A stretch of DNA of 64,000 bases from Raillietiella orientalis. Its lineage: Eukaryota. Of this stretch, positions 14,901 to 31,466 are shown piece by piece. The stretch lies in assembly GCA_036172245.1 (NCBI GenBank), contig JAYWIR010000035.1, positions 124,001-188,000 on the forward strand, given 5' to 3'. The stretch's first letter is position 1; every line of letters begins with the position of its first letter. The translations under genes were made by a program, and so were the position numbers. The notes beneath the pieces are model-generated. The model saw nothing but the letters and a program-made list of their open reading frames with translations. It made no database searches and was not told the origin of the DNA.

Positions 14901-17900
14901 GAAAAAACTGTATTAGCAATTTCTAAGGAATCTTATACCAAGGCAGACCAGGTAGATTAGAAATAAAGATCCCATCACACAGATTCTAATGATATTTACA
15001 AAACTGATCCTGATTTTAAAAAAATGGCCCTTCTGTGAATGAAGAAAAGGAATGGCGTTTTAAAGATGTAATGGCGTTTTATTTTTTCCAATAACACACA
15101 ACTGACACAAAAATGACAATTCTAATCCAAAACTAGTCAGTGAACCGCATAAATCCCAATTGTTTAGGATTGGAATAAATCAAATATTTTTCTTATGAGA
15201 AAGCAGAAGAGAGGGACTAAAAGTAAAGGCATTAGGACATTATGTCTTGTTCCAAGCTGACTCTGCCTGGTCAAGAATGCGATGTACCCGAATATTTCTT
15301 GAAATTTTCCTCATTACGACAAAGACAGCTCCTGGCAGTAACAGGCAAAAAGCACTATACAGACTTCTGCTTCCACCGTAGTAAAACTCTTTCTAGGTCA
15401 ACATTTACATTTCACATCTTATTTCACGATACAATTACTTGAGAAATGGTTGAAATGTTACTAAATTATTGGTCACTGTGTAGTGTTTGACAAGTCTGTG
15501 TTTGACTGTTTTTGGCCCACCGCTTTACAGTTCAATAAGGGATGTTAAGAAAAAGTGCAAGAACAATACAAATCTGTTGCAGATGGATTCCCACTATCTT
15601 TAAGACGAAATTAAATTCTATGAAGTAAATGTGAGCGACTTCTCGTTAACGGTGAAAATGACGAATTCCTCTAATTTGTGTATCTCATGATACTCGAGGG
15701 ACTACTTTTTGAAATGAATAATTCAAAAAGGATCCCATGCTTTCAACTTGAAAAAAATATATTCAAGGACAAGTTAGTGTTATGCACAGAAGAACCGGAG
15801 GATTTCCAGCCACGGGGGAGGCGGGAGGGAGAGGGGGGAGGAAGATTGAAGCATTTCCACGAAGATGTAACTCAAAATGACTCAGAATAAAAGTACCTCA
15901 AAGAGACAAACAATACAATAAGATAAGGAAACGATGAAGATAAGGACCCGAAATGTGAAGGTAGTAGTCGCAAGCATTTTGAGTCGCAGTAATCTCTGAA
16001 TAAAAAAGTGGAAGGATAACGAAGGAGTGCATTTTAAAAAAAAATCAAAGAAACGCTTGACTTTGATTAGATGTTGCTTAGGTGGATTGATTTTGAAATT
16101 GCCTTTTTAGTTCCAGGAATTCTTCAGACAAAAAAGCGAAGACTAGGGATAAAACTCACTCACTCTTAAGTTGAGTTGATTTAGGAGTATAGGCATTTTA
16201 ACTTATCATGCTGTGATCATTTAAATCGTCATTTTAACTTGTCATGAAGTCGTTGCCTGACGATCGACACACCGTGTTGCTGACGTCGGATACTCGGAAA
16301 TTCGCTTTCGGCCACGCTTTTCCACCTTTCCTTTTGGATAAAATCAATGCAGCTGCTAAGCAGTTATTGGATGTGTTGGAAACTTGTCGGTGCACAGAAC
16401 TTTGTTTACCTGTGCTCAGCTTTCCCGGTTTTTGTGTCAACTTGCAAACAGACGCAGAAGGTCAACTGAGATGCTCCGTATGCAAACACGCAAGCAGTGA
16501 ACGAATGAATACGTAATGGTAAGGGAATAAATGACACATGTTCGAAGAACGGCTCAGTACACGAAGAATCATGAGTGCAGGAGTAAATTACTGAACATGC
16601 ACACAGATCGAAACTTTGGAAAAGATGAGAAGTCCCGTAATCCAGATACTCGGCGGACAGCCATGTTGGAAAACCTAATGGCAAATGCATGTCATATAGA
16701 TTGTGTTTTGTTTTCTCGTGTTTGGATGCTGTAAGTCTTCTTGCTGCCTCCCTGATTCCTCCCAGATCACAAATAGACTTTGTTCCATTTTTGGACATTT
16801 TTCTGGAGTTTCGTAACGAGAAAAAAAGGAAAAAAGCCATCAAAATAAAAAAAAAAATTACGACATTAGACATCTGCATAGAAAAGTGGGCAGGGGCAAA
16901 CTCAGCAACCATCCCGTGTGCTAAGATTTATCCGAAGTTTGTTAAAACTTCGGATAAATCTTTGTGTACATGGAGAATGAGCTCATAGTAACGAAGCACG
17001 CTGTGATCCTGCTGATATTGTATGGTTTCCGTTAAAAAAAATGGAACAGTGAAAACTAATTTATATATGCTACATTAAATCATGAAACAATCTCCGTTGA
17101 CCATCGCTTCCGTGCAAACATGACCTTTTCCCTTCTGTGCTTTTCTCGGTAACCAATACTTCATCATGGCTTCTCTAAACATCCTATACAACGCAACAGT
17201 TATAATGTAGGAAATGACTGCCTGTGTAGCCATGAGCAAGTACGAGGCGTCTTTTTTGTACTTTTTGTACTAATGGGTTCCATAGTCTATATTTTATGTA
17301 AATACGAATTCGAACGAATGCGTAATTCTGACGATAGAAAGCGCATTTCCCACGAAACAATTTTGAAAATTGTTCAAGCTACACGTTCAAGTTCAAGGTT
17401 TCGGCTTTTATTTTTACATTCTTGATTACGTCGTGGTATAAGATTAAAAAATTTTGGTTTCCAAATCAGATTTCTTGAAGAGATGTAACACCGAAATCGA
17501 GAAGATTCGCGCACATGACTTCCGTTCCCTGAAAGAAGCGATTCGCTAATAACAAGGAAGCTCGACCGCCATGCATTCACCTTACGCTTCTACGCATGTT
17601 TGCCAGAGATATTTTTTTTTCCCGTCATTTTCAAATGAGTTCTCGAATTTCTCATGAATTCCATCTCTTTTTGATTTTATATCAGCAAACCCGCTATTAC
17701 TATACAACCTGTGTTTCCGAATTTATTTTCCAAAAACACCCGATGCTTCTTTCGGAAGCAGCTCTAATGTTTCAGCTAGCTACTCTGCTTCAGTAAATGA
17801 TTGTGAGAATCAGCAATCTCTCAATATTTTTTTACAATTACAGCCTGAATAACGATCATGCGTTGTACGCTGATGTGATGTACAATTAGTTGAAATGCCA

Positions 17901-20900
17901 TTACCTTTGTAACACGAGTAGGTTGCTTTCAGAGTTCATGTTTTTTTCAAAATTTCATTCTTAAAAGTAACGAGCTGACCGTAACCCAACCCCAAATTTG
18001 CTGTTTCATCATCTTGTTTGGTTCCATTCTAATTTCTGAATCTTACACAATTGCTGAAAAATAGGAAAAAGTGGCTGCATTCTGGCTTCCGAGTATAAAT
18101 TAGTGAATGACGACTCAACAGAATAATCTATCATCACCATTTTCTTCATAATTGCTATACAAACACAGAAATAATCCATTTCTATAGAAAATAGCATAAA
18201 ATCAACACATCAGAACAATTTTATCCAAATGAAAACCACAAAAAGTTGAGAAGTTTCAGGTTCAAGCAGTTCGGAAAAAATTTTGACTTGAAGAATCTCA
18301 TGTATTGGAGCATTAATCTTATGTTTTACATGTGATGAAAGGCTTTCATTTAGCAAGTCGAGATCTGTGCAGTTCATCCTCCTCCTATAAAGGGCTCCAT
18401 CTCACGGTTGAAGATACAGGCTCTTGAATTCACCGGAAGGGACCCAGTGGATTGACTAACTTGGAAAGCTAGTTTATGAGGAAAAGTTCAAAAATCCGAA
18501 TTTGCTTTATCTAAACTACATTCTGAACACTTTGCCCTTTTGTGCTTTTGCAATATAGAAAAAAAACAATGTGATGATTATGCGGATTAACCAATTATTA
18601 GGAAAGAATAACCAATTCCTTAATGTATTTTGGGAAAGCCTGTTCCTTTAATATATTGTGCCAGCTCACGGTTACACAATTTATTAGAGAATAATCACAA
18701 GTGCAAAGCTATTCAAAAGGCATACCAAAAGAAAAGATGTATGTAAGTTAGCGATCCGAATTAAAGTGAGCTTCTCCTAGAAGCAAGACTCATAAAATCC
18801 AGATTCAATCAGGAACTTCTTTTTTTTGGTTGATTTAAAGAAAGTTGGCAGATTGGGAAAACAGAGTGAAGATTGCAGTTTTTCGGCATGAGGGAGTGGG
18901 GAGTGGGAAGATCCGCTCGTACTCAATGCTCATCTCATTTTTCCATCAAGGTCATTTTTCCATTTTTGAAGATCATATGAAGAGGTGCTATAATGAAATG
19001 ATATTTTCGTGGTGATAATTTTGCTACAGAAATCGAGTATATGAAAACAAAAGAGAAACTAAACAAAGGCAAAAAAGACAGAAAACTAAAAGTTCTATTT
19101 AAAATTAATACTAAAGTATACTGTCGTGTTAACCTGGCACGCAGCACACACTCAAGTTCTTCGAAAATTTGATCATGATTTCCTTGCATAATAAAGAGAG
19201 AGGCAAAATGGTCTCAGATTATCGATGATGTATTCGTTTATAAGGAGTCATTACTTTTCATCCATCATAATTCCTTCAACTTCAAATGCACAATTCCACT
19301 GGTTGTGGTTAGTTCTTTCAAGTTTTGTGAAGAAGAAAAAGAATTAGGGAGCCTAAATCTTAACTTTGATCAGTTTACAATCAAGTCATTAAGCAAACTC
19401 AAAGAAGCATGTTTTTTAAATTATCCTTGCTTTAATGCGAGGTTTAAGGAAGTCTTACGTCAATATTGGTTTCTCTTTGTTCTCATGTTTCTATGGATAT
19501 GTCTGAAAATCATTAAATTATAAAACAAAATATAATTTATTTAATTCAAAATATATTTCTAAAGTATATTCAGTTTATGGATTCTTTTGATTTATGTTGC
19601 TTAATGTAATAATAATTAGACAGAATAAATTTCCTTCATATTTTTGTAGCTTTCAACTTTTGCATATTGGTTTGGAAATCTAATTATTAGTAAAGGACAG
19701 AGAAATCTGATAAATGCTCTTTTTTCTTGATCCAGGACTTTTTTGCAAACTTTACAAATAAGGGGATGATAGTGGAATCCTAATGACAAAGGCACATGTG
19801 TTTACTGGGTTTCTGGAAAATACCATGCCATCAAATCATATTAATTTTTTAAATGTATGATGAAATTCAGTCTGAAAGCATTTGTAATCATGAGCTCACA
19901 CAGAGTACAAGTGCTTGTAAAATGGAAATTTCAAAATTGCCTGAGTTGATGCGTTTGTGCATGATTCGAGCACAAATTCGAAAGATCGCAAGCAAACTTT
20001 AGATGAGATTGTTTCTTAGAAGAAGAAAAAAATGTCAACATTTGCTTGTTTTGGCAACGAAACTTTCTGAAGTTCGATTTTCGACGAGCTAAATGCCTGT
20101 TTAGTGATTTCATGCCTATTTTCCCAACGAAAGACATTTTTGAATAATGGAATAGAATATCATTTCAAGAAAAGAAGAACACTGTTATTTGCAGATACAG
20201 CATATTCTCGCAGATACAGCATATGCCGATTAATTCTTCTATTTGTTCGTATCAGCGAGAACAAACGTTGTGCCTTGCTGGGAAACAGTGCATCTCTTTT
20301 CTTTATTGCTTAAACCCAAGCTGAACTAAATTGAAGTCTAAAAAAATATTTCATTCACTTGATAGATTTTTGAAATTACTACTCTTCAGGGAGTTTAGAT
20401 GAAATAACTTTAAAATTTGTGCAAAAGGCATTCTTTGGGCTCAATGACAAATGTGTTTAATATGTATGTGCATATTTTTCTCTGTCATGTTTTTTGGTCT
20501 TTGTTCTTCATCTTACACAAGATAACTGCTTTTAGATCATGCATTCTCCTCTGTAGAACGAATTGAACTCATTGTTTCTCTTTTGCAATTGGAATACAAT
20601 TTGTCTAATGGATAACAGAAAACATGATCTAACGATCAAGAGGGCCAAGTCATATGCTGTTTTTTTTTCATACTAAATAATTCATTCAATCAGAAAACAT
20701 ACAATACTTGTTATGTTCAAATAAATCCACTTTTTATGTCTGTGCTAGTGAATGAATACATTGCAAGAGCATCTAATATTTTTTGTAGTGCTGTTGACGC
20801 ATATTATCTAAGTGCACATAATTTGGTAAAACATTAAAGTTTCTACATCTGTACAGGTTCCACAAGTCTACTGAAACTGAAAATTGAAAATTACATGAAA

Positions 20901-21041
20901 CTGAAATTATATGACATCTACTTTCACTTGGTCGACGAAACCAACTTTTATATGACTGCAAATTAATCCACACATTTGGTACATGCATCCGAATACGAAA
21001 GCCGAGCACGTGCGTCCAGCATTGCTCCTGCTGCAAGAAGG

Positions 21042-23095
<2,054 letters not shown>

Positions 23096-24642
23096 TGCTG
23101 TTGGTTGAGTTCAATCAAAGGAGGAGGGTGCATTTTTCTCTCAGTGGAATCACTGCCTTTGGGATTGAGAATTTTTCTGAGGAGTTATCATTTATCCAAG
23201 AAGGAAAAAATGTTGGTCAATATATTACTGAGTAATTCTGATATACACAGTTAAATGGGCGGATGGCATGTAAGGCATGTAACCAGGTCGATTTTGCATG
23301 GATCTCTAAACTTCAACAAAAGCTATCTTTGATCCTCAGCTATTCAGTCAACAATCTGGTCAGCCAAATAACAGTTTGGCGGCAATACATTTAACAGTTT
23401 TAGCATTGCTTATACAACACACCCCTATGATCCGTCCTAAGTCAGTGTTAAAAGCAGGGCAGTTTTGTTCTGTTTGATATTTCTGCTCCATTGTGGTATT
23501 AAAGTCATGAGGGGGTGTATAAGGCTTTCATTTGTGCAGCTAGCAAACTGATGGTTTCACATTTTTTTGTAATAGATTCAAGAAACCTTTTATTGTTCAT
23601 CATAAATTCCTATCTTCAGTTCATAGCAAGTCAAGCCTTTGTTATTCTCAGTCTGTTATTTATAATTTGCATAACATCGCCCATCCTTTCCAATTGATTT
23701 TTCTTCACTTCGTTTTCAGTTTCATGGAGTGTTTTTTTTTTTTTTCTGTATTCTTGGGTAATATTGCAGTGTTGTAAGCTTGATTCTAATTTGCGATTTG
23801 AGTACCGCAATCAAATGATATCTTTGCCGTTCAGTTTCTTTTCTGAATCCTTGGCTGTGGAATATGCATTGCGTTTTTTTAAATTATATATTTCACTTTT
23901 TCAGGATATCTGCTAGGTAACTGATCAATTTTCTCATTATTCGTGCATCCTTAATTGATGTTAAATCTAATTTTGCGCTCTCCCTAGAAATAAGGGGCAA
24001 TACAGGGAACTCTGCATGTGTTTGGGGTGTTTCCTTCTGCAAGCGTTTTCATGAAGGTTTCCTAGCTGGGGAAAAACGATTTCGGGTGCACACCCCGGAT
24101 AGTTCAAATTTACCACTAGTCACTGGTTGTTCTTATTTCTTAAGACTGAATTGGAGTCCTCGTGTGCCTAATATTTCAGTAACGGATCCGTGTTTTCATT
24201 CGATTTCTCCATCCATACCTAGCCAGTGTGGGTTTTTTAATCCTCTCAGAGAGAAAGCCATGTTCTTTCGGTACGATGTAGTCTCGGAAAAAAGTCTCCT
24301 TGCTGCGCTCGTTTTTCTTCATATTTGGTCGGTTAATTGGTTCACCCGATGGGGCTTGGCCACCACCCACTTCAGGTGAAAAGCAAAACTGTAGCTATTT
24401 TTCTAGCAGGGCATCCTGTTATATTTTATGCTGCATAGGAGTTAAGTAATGCAAGGTAATACATTGGTTGCATTTAAAGCGTGCAAGTTTTTATAAGAAA
24501 TTTTAAGTAATAAACGTGTGGCTGCGACGAACTTCTGATTCCCGGCATCGCAGTGGGTGTTTGTGCAAATTTGAAATCTTTCTAAAAAATAGATCCTTCG
24601 GAAATACGCATGTACATAATGAACAAATTGCTTCCTCTTGGT

Positions 24643-24665
24643 AAAAAAAAAAAAAAAAAAAAAAA
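24643..24665 (+). repeat. poly(A) tract (about 23 nt)
   Basis: Seen directly. Confidence 0.9.
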
Positions 24666-25189
24666 CAGATAATATAACGGCTTCATGAGGATCTTCCCAT
24701 GTCTTTTTCCTTATTAATTTTGCTGCAATTTTTGGAGACTAGCCGGTCTGTAGTGTCAGGACGAATTTGTCGATAAAAAGGTGAACTGTATACAAGCTGT
24801 TGTATTCGTGGAAAATTGAGTGGTAACGAATCAGTTTTATCGTTTGGCAGTCTGTCGGTCCAAGTCGCGTGTTTGTCACCACCTTTAGTGATACTTGGAA
24901 CGAGAAGCTTAACTCTTAATACTTCCAAGTTCGAATTTCTCCCAAGTGGTAGATAGGACTGAAGCACAACACCAAGGAACATGGCTTGTTAATGGTACAT
25001 GTACGGTTTGATGAGGATGATGGTCAGATTATACGCAGCATAATCTCACAGTTGATCCTTCAGGTTGATTCCGGAACTCGATGCTGTGAAGCAGATGCTT
25101 CTTGTTTCGTAGATGTTTTCGTTGCCTTTGTCATGATCGAAGATGCAAACAAATATTGCATTCAGTAACCATGACCACTGATATCTTCA

Positions 25190-25650
25190 TTCTGGGTGAT
25201 TTTCATTCCCGTTGCTCCCGGTGGTAGATGTCGATGCTTTCGTGCTGACACAGGGACCCTTCCCAGGTTTTTCTTCTAAGCATTTGCTGAGTTCAGCGTT
25301 GGTATAATTGTCTACTGTTGAGCAGGTACCAAGTGAGTATGGTATTGTACATATCTTCGTAACGTGCCACGCATGAACCTGAGTCGTTTGAACCATGAAA
25401 ACAGTCTGTCACGTTTTCGTGTTTGCGTGCGCGAGTTCCGATGGTTTCATCCTATTGCAAAAGTGCCCACGCAAACTCTTCATCCACTGTATGTCTTGCA
25501 CACAGAAGAGTAGCGACAGAAATTTCCCACTTGCTTTCATGAACGTGGGGGAGGTGAAATCGTTTCTACAATATTCTACAAGTTCACTCAGTTCCATGTT
25601 CGGCCACCAAAAATGTAGCTGTGGCCAGCACTCAATCGATTTTCTTGGTC
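25190..25650 (-). mobile_element. Decayed Gypsy-like LTR retrotransposon integrase fragment
   Basis: HFWWPNM..ELVEYCRN (25595-25615, integrase zinc-finger region), then VDNYTNAELSKCL resembling SDNG.QFTS.EF, and a frameshifted YH-x-SNG (25208-25226) resembling YHPQSNG, all in the expected order. Confidence 0.45.
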
Positions 25651-26899
25651 TCCGCTGCACTTTTCCGTTTTTTGGTGCCGTTTCGCCGCAGGCACTTGGT
25701 TTCCCGCCTCGTGACCCGATCGCGGACCTCGTTTGCTCTCGGATTCTCTTTCCGATACTCCAGCAGCTCCAGAAACCCGCATTTTGTTCTTGCACGATTC
25801 CCATTTTTGAAATTTTCAAGTTTGTTGTTCGGCTCAGTAGCTTCGGATCTCCGTCTGCTGAGAACTTGCACTCTTGTTTGCCAAGTGCAACCAACCGCTG
25901 CAACGGAGGGTTCAACAACCATCATGGTGTGCAATGAAAGGAAAGGGTTTGCTGAAGGGCGTGCTTCGGGCAGTAATTCTGGATCACTTCCAAGAAAAAC
26001 AGCGTGTCGAGTTCTGGATTTGGGGGAGTAAAAAAGTTCTAGATTTCAGCTAGCTTAAGAAAAATTGCGGCTATTTTGCAGGCATGGTTGAAACTGTTCA
26101 CTCGGTAGTATAAATCCAAGAAGTGATTATTGTCTCATATGTGGTAACCTATATTCTTATTCTTAGATAGGTCTCTATATTCTTAGTGATCAAAGTGCAA
26201 GAAATGACATTGATAGATGCAAACATTTGGTTTTATATTTATTTATTTATTTTTTTAACACAGGAGACCTCAATAACTGAAAGCAAGCCCGATGTTGAAA
26301 TGAAATAGAAAGAAGGGGGTTACGAAATCTAGAGGATAATTTGAGAAGTAAATTAGTTATGTCAGTTTTTTGGTTTTCTTGTAAGAATTAGGCGAATCAG
26401 AAGCTGGTTTCGAATGGTACACGATGAAAATTGCAATCCCAAATTGCGGATAGACGAACTTTAAGATCAACAAGTGTCATGTAATTTCTTTAACATGTGT
26501 TGATGCATATGCAGTATGAATACCGTAATGGTCGCAGCTGTGTTCTAGGTTTTCGAGATGCGTTTCGAAATCCCAATTAGGGAGGTGATAGTCAACAACC
26601 GGGAGATTTTTCAGTGCAAGTTTTTATGCGGTTGATCAGTTCCCGGATTACCAAGTAGCAGGAAAACGTAGCCCTAGCCAATTATGAGCAGATTCCTATT
26701 TAAGTAAGGAAAACAGGAAATCTATTTGGGGATTTTGTGAACTCCCAAGTAATTGGAAATTAATTGAAAGTGAGACCATCAGAAATGCAATTTTGTCCGA
26801 AACACTTTGGGGCTTGCCAATTCGAATTATCACACAACTCTTCTGGTGAGTTCGAGAAATCCATGTCGATCGGTAATTTGTCGTTTTCATCCCTGCGTG

Positions 26900-27500
26900 G
26901 TTTCTCATCCTATTAATCACACACGTCCACTCCGGCCACACATACTATGTAATGACTCATATGCCATGCATGAATACTGGCGTGAAGTGTTTCCGGTGTG
27001 TGATTTTTGTCACGGACACGATTGCTCGGAGTTGAACACGGAAGCTTTCTAAACAAGTTCATGAATGAATGCTGTCTTGTTTCCTCATATGAACCATCAG
27101 TTCCATCAGTGCATACTTTTTGAGAAAAAGAGCCCGGTGGAATGGCGTGTGTATCGAAGGGGGTGAATCGGATTTGTACGTTCAAAAGTTCTGGGCAAAT
27201 AAACACTTTGTCTGCAGCTTTGGTCCAGCACCACCTCAATGTTAAAGCTCCACAGGTCCTCTTTGTGAAATTTATTCAGAGGAATCGGCGACTTTCGTGA
27301 ATCCATAGTCAAGCTCAGAATTCAAAGAATCGGTACCGGAATGAGTATAAGTGAGTTTCTTTGAAATGCAGGTGATCGAACTTTTAAATTTACCAATAGG
27401 GTGCACATCAAATGACACGCATCAAATGAAATCCATAAAATGCATTGTGCAAATTTTAGAAGAAGAATTTTGAAGCTTTTGCAACTGTTGACGCAAAGAA
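26900..27500 (-). mobile_element. Highly decayed Gypsy-like pol fragment (RNase H to integrase zinc finger)
   Basis: Weak motifs: ISFDAC resembling CDAS, ISKKLT...YGFTK resembling FAS.TL...G..KF, and ETLH..H...(V)WPGVD across a frameshift near 26925-26950. Confidence 0.28.
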
Positions 27501-30500
27501 CTTTTGATTTATCACAAATAAGTTCTATTACCTTATGAGAATTCCACCTTAGCACCTCCAAGATATTCAGTTTGTCTATTTATGATAAACAGAAGGAGCT
27601 ACCTCCACTTCAATTTACAAAAAAAAAAAAAAATCCTCCTATGGAGCAAGCTGATTTGATAGTTACAAAATCGGTCCATTATTCGAAAGGAAGAGAGGAA
27701 TCTGTGTTGTTTGGTTTGGAACATGGGTTTTATTTTCCCTGACATTATGAACGTGATTTGTGACCTCATAAGTATTGCACATGCTCACAAAATATTTGGT
27801 AATTTCATTGAGCACGCTGTGAGCTATTTGCATTGCCAGCGAATCCTGGTATAAATCAGAACCCGATGTAAGGGCTGGCGTACCCAGCCTCTTCCCCAAT
27901 CAATCAAACAATAATTGTTTTCTTCTGTAGGCGTAACGTCTCCACCATCGATTTCTCTTCCTTGTTTTTTTTAGGAAGTTCCTTGGAGAAGATTTCCTCG
28001 GTACTTGCATCGGAGCACGGTAGGAAGATTAAAGTGCACCGGGTAGATGAAGGTGAAACCTCATCTTTCGCAGATCCTTCGATTCTGCCTCACTGACTTG
28101 GTGGGTTTGGACGCGGTGGCCATCAGACACTATTTTCCGGACATTCGAAACACAGTCCTCCAATCGCCGCTGATTCATATGAGAGGAGGGAACAGGCAGA
28201 TTTTGCCTCTGGAGAAGCGCCATCCGATGCAAACGAATATTCTGGAATGAACTACAAGCAAATGTTCACCAATCGCTTTCTAGTAGTATGGGTCGTTGAA
28301 AAGATACGAAATCACATTAGAATGAAGCAGCCCCCATGATTAAATGAAGCAAGCTTCCGTGCTATCCCATACAATGAGCGCAGAGGAGGAGCAGAAAGGA
28401 CCATATGTTTCTTATCGTGTGATGGAACACACGTATGCGTTCGAAAGGGATTTCAAGTGATTTCATTCTCTCCAGTTGCTGTGTTCGTTCTCCTGAAAGT
28501 TCACACACAGTCACGTTCTCTAGGAGCGTGCGTGTTCTCTCCCCCCCTCCACCCTCCCTGCTTCCCCAGCAATGTTAGGATGACAAGATTCCTTCTTGGA
28601 TGGACCAACACCAAAATAACAGAATTCTTTGTCAGGCCTTTCAGGAGTCACCGATATCTTTTCATGTTGTGATCTTCCACTTTCGTATCCGTGAGTGTGT
28701 ACTCGCCATCTCGGTGCGTTTTGGTCTCGCTACAACACTGCATCCCGTGTTTTCCTTTCGAAAACTGCTTGCAATCCTGCAAAAAAACATCTGATTTAGC
28801 AGATTCCCTTCCACGGGGACATTTCCAGCTTCTTCTCTTTTTTCTTTCTTTCGTTAAAAGCATGATTTGTTGGATTGACTTTCTTTCCTTTTGTTTTGTC
28901 CCAAAGAAAGGAGAAAATAACAGGATCGCCAAACGAAGGAAATATTTATATTCCGAGTGCCCCAAATGCTGCGGATGCCCGAGGCCGTTCCTCTCGTTTT
29001 GCATCCCGGGGATGCGTATTGGGTAAGCGTTTGTATATCTCGGGCTTGGAGCGATAACAGTATGGAGGAGGAGGAAAAGTTCAAATACACCTTATGATAG
29101 CGTAGGAAGAGATGCAGTTGCGTTTCCAAGCAAAAGCGGAAACGCAGAGGCGCTTGTTTTTCGAAATGAAGACCTGGCATAAATCTGAAGACGGGTGCTT
29201 TCCAGCTACCAGCAGCAATTTACGATATTGACTTCCCTACGATTCTTGGCTCCTTCTCGGTTGTTCTGAAAACTGATGAGCTGATTCCCCGAGTCCCTCG
29301 GGCGGAGCTGACAACGGGCGGAGTTTCCAGCTCGCCCTCAAAAGCGGATTTTCCTTTTCGCTCTTGTTTGACTCTTGTCCCATTCATTCCTCTTGGTCGG
29401 TTTTTGCCTCTCGGAACGAAGTGGAAGGAGCTACTCGATGTTTGGAATCCGCGGCCAGCTTTCTCTTTTCGGGAAGGGTGATGGAACGGACGCCATCTCG
29501 TTTGTTACTGCAGCAGAACGGTGCTTTTCCGATTCCTCGAGCGTGCATCTCAGGTTGATGTTCCTGGTGACAGGCGGCTTCGTCGCAGATATCCACTCTT
29601 CGTTTCTGCATGCGGATTGTCGGCTGCGCTAATGGATCTCTCTGTTCCTGTTGGTTCTTTTGGATGTTCTTCTCCCTCCCCCCCCACCCACTTTTTCTTG
29701 CATTCTGCACCCCATGGAGTGACCCTGTCCTGGTTTCATGAGTTTCTGCGCGCATTGTTCGAACTCCTTTGCGCCATCTCAGAACCGCAAGAGTTCAAAG
29801 AAGGACTCGATTCCAGCAATCAGTGGGAAATTCCGCTTCCACGGCCAGCCAGACCAATGACTTCGAAGCTTCCATCGCTTTCGTATTGCGCTCAAGTTGA
29901 GGCTCCGAAACAACATCTCTCGGGAATTTTTTTTTTTGTTCAGAATTGATTTTCATATTTCAAAAAACTGGTCCCATTTTCTTTTTGTAGTCACAAATAT
30001 TCAAGTGTGTTCACTTTACCTGGTTTCCAAGGAGCATTTCGATAAGAATCCGTACGTTTCTGAAGCGCCCTCTGTCTTAAACAGATTGACACATCGATCA
30101 GAAAAACCGGGGCTTTCCTGTCCTTCGACTCGACCATGATTGCAGCATTAATCCAGAACACGAGGATGTCTTCTGAATCTCCTTCCTCCTCCTAGTTTCG
30201 TATCTAGCTGTCGGAGGATTTAGAAATCATCCCGAACTACTCTAGTGATCCTGGTTTTGCTCTTGGGGTCGCTTGGGTTCCTTCTGCTCTTTTGCTCTTT
30301 CTAGCCTGTTTAAGGGAAAGGGTGATGGGGAATTACTTTCTTTCTAGAGCATCGTTTGGGATTTCGAGCTGGAACTGTGTTGATCGAACCGTCCTTTCTC
30401 CTTCCTGGACTTTGCCCTTGTTGTGAAATTTCTCTTCAGTTCACTTGCTGTGATGTTTTTCGCATATACCAAAGAAAGAAAGCAACCAGACCACTCCATT

Positions 30501-30879
30501 TGGAAGCTTTGGTAGTTCCGAGGAAGCTCAAATGGTTGAGGAGTCGCAGCCAGTAGTAGATACTCTGTGCCATACTGTGGACTTGTCACTGGTGCTTCGG
30601 CGAAGTGCCGAAAGCGCAGAACTCCTCTCATTGCTACCGCGCAGCCTCCATAGGATAGTGGATTGGTTCATTACAGGGACATTTATCATAGAAAATAAGC
30701 ATATATGTATGTGTAGGTCCATCGGCCCTACATTGTCCGAAAATGCTCGGAACCTGTCGAGTAACCGGCACGCAGGTCGGCGAGGTTCGACTCGGCAGCG
30801 GAGGAGAGAGGGCAAACAAAAATAAAGATAAATAATAGAAAAAAAAACTCTAGGGGGCACGGGAAGGGATCACTTCAGA

Positions 30880-31090
30880 AGCGATGTCCGCTGGAGGGCG
30901 TGCTCTGCATCCTTTCCAGGAAGTCGGCAAGTTCCATCCGAGTATGCAGCAGGTAGGGCCATCTTGCTGCCATCCGCAGGAAGATCAGGGCGAAGCAGAC
31001 GAAGTCCTTATCGCGCAGCTTGAGGCCACCACAATCCCACGTAGGTAGCAGCAAAGAGCTGCTGGGGATGCGGCAGGCGAAAGGGCGTCG
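30880..31090 (-). mobile_element. L1/Tx1-type LINE ORF2 post-RT fragment (inverted relative to the adjacent 3' piece)
   Basis: RIPSSSLLLPTWDCGGLKLRDKDFVCFALIF..W matches the L1/Tx1 LPxxxGGLxLxD...AL motif. Confidence 0.55.
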
Positions 31091-31094
31091 CACA

Positions 31095-31466
31095 CGAAGA
31101 GGCGCTTCGTCACGTCCCAGTGCAATCAGCGCAAGCACCAGGTTCCCGGGAAAGTTGTCTCCAAGAACTGTTCAGGGTGCAGGTCGATTGAATCGCCCCC
31201 ACATCTCCTGCTGGACCGCAGTGCCCTGGAGGACTTGTGGCGGAGACTAATTTCGGCGCTCCATATACTTCTGGAAGACCCCCCCCCTACTTCGGGCTTC
31301 TGAGGAGCTTCTTCGTCACTCAAGGCGGGCTGAAGACGGGCGCTGTGATCGCAACCATCTGTTGCATCAGCGCCATGGTGACACTCCGCCATGTGTTGGA
31401 ATCATGCTCGCAGCGACCAACAGCATTTTCCCCAGTTCTGATAAGCGGTGGGGTGAATTCATTTAA
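31095..31466 (+). mobile_element. L1/Tx1-type LINE ORF2 C-terminus (zf-RVT)
   Basis: SKNCSGCRSIESPPHLLLDRSALEDLWRRL fits CxxC-x3-E-x3-H-x4-(C>R)-x6-W. The terminal DKRWGEFI* resembles the end of LINE ORF2. Confidence 0.6.

Noticed and set aside
17261..17290. Mariner-like terminal inverted repeat start (tacgaggcgtc... near 17241)
   Set aside because: No matching inverted copy or transposase was found.
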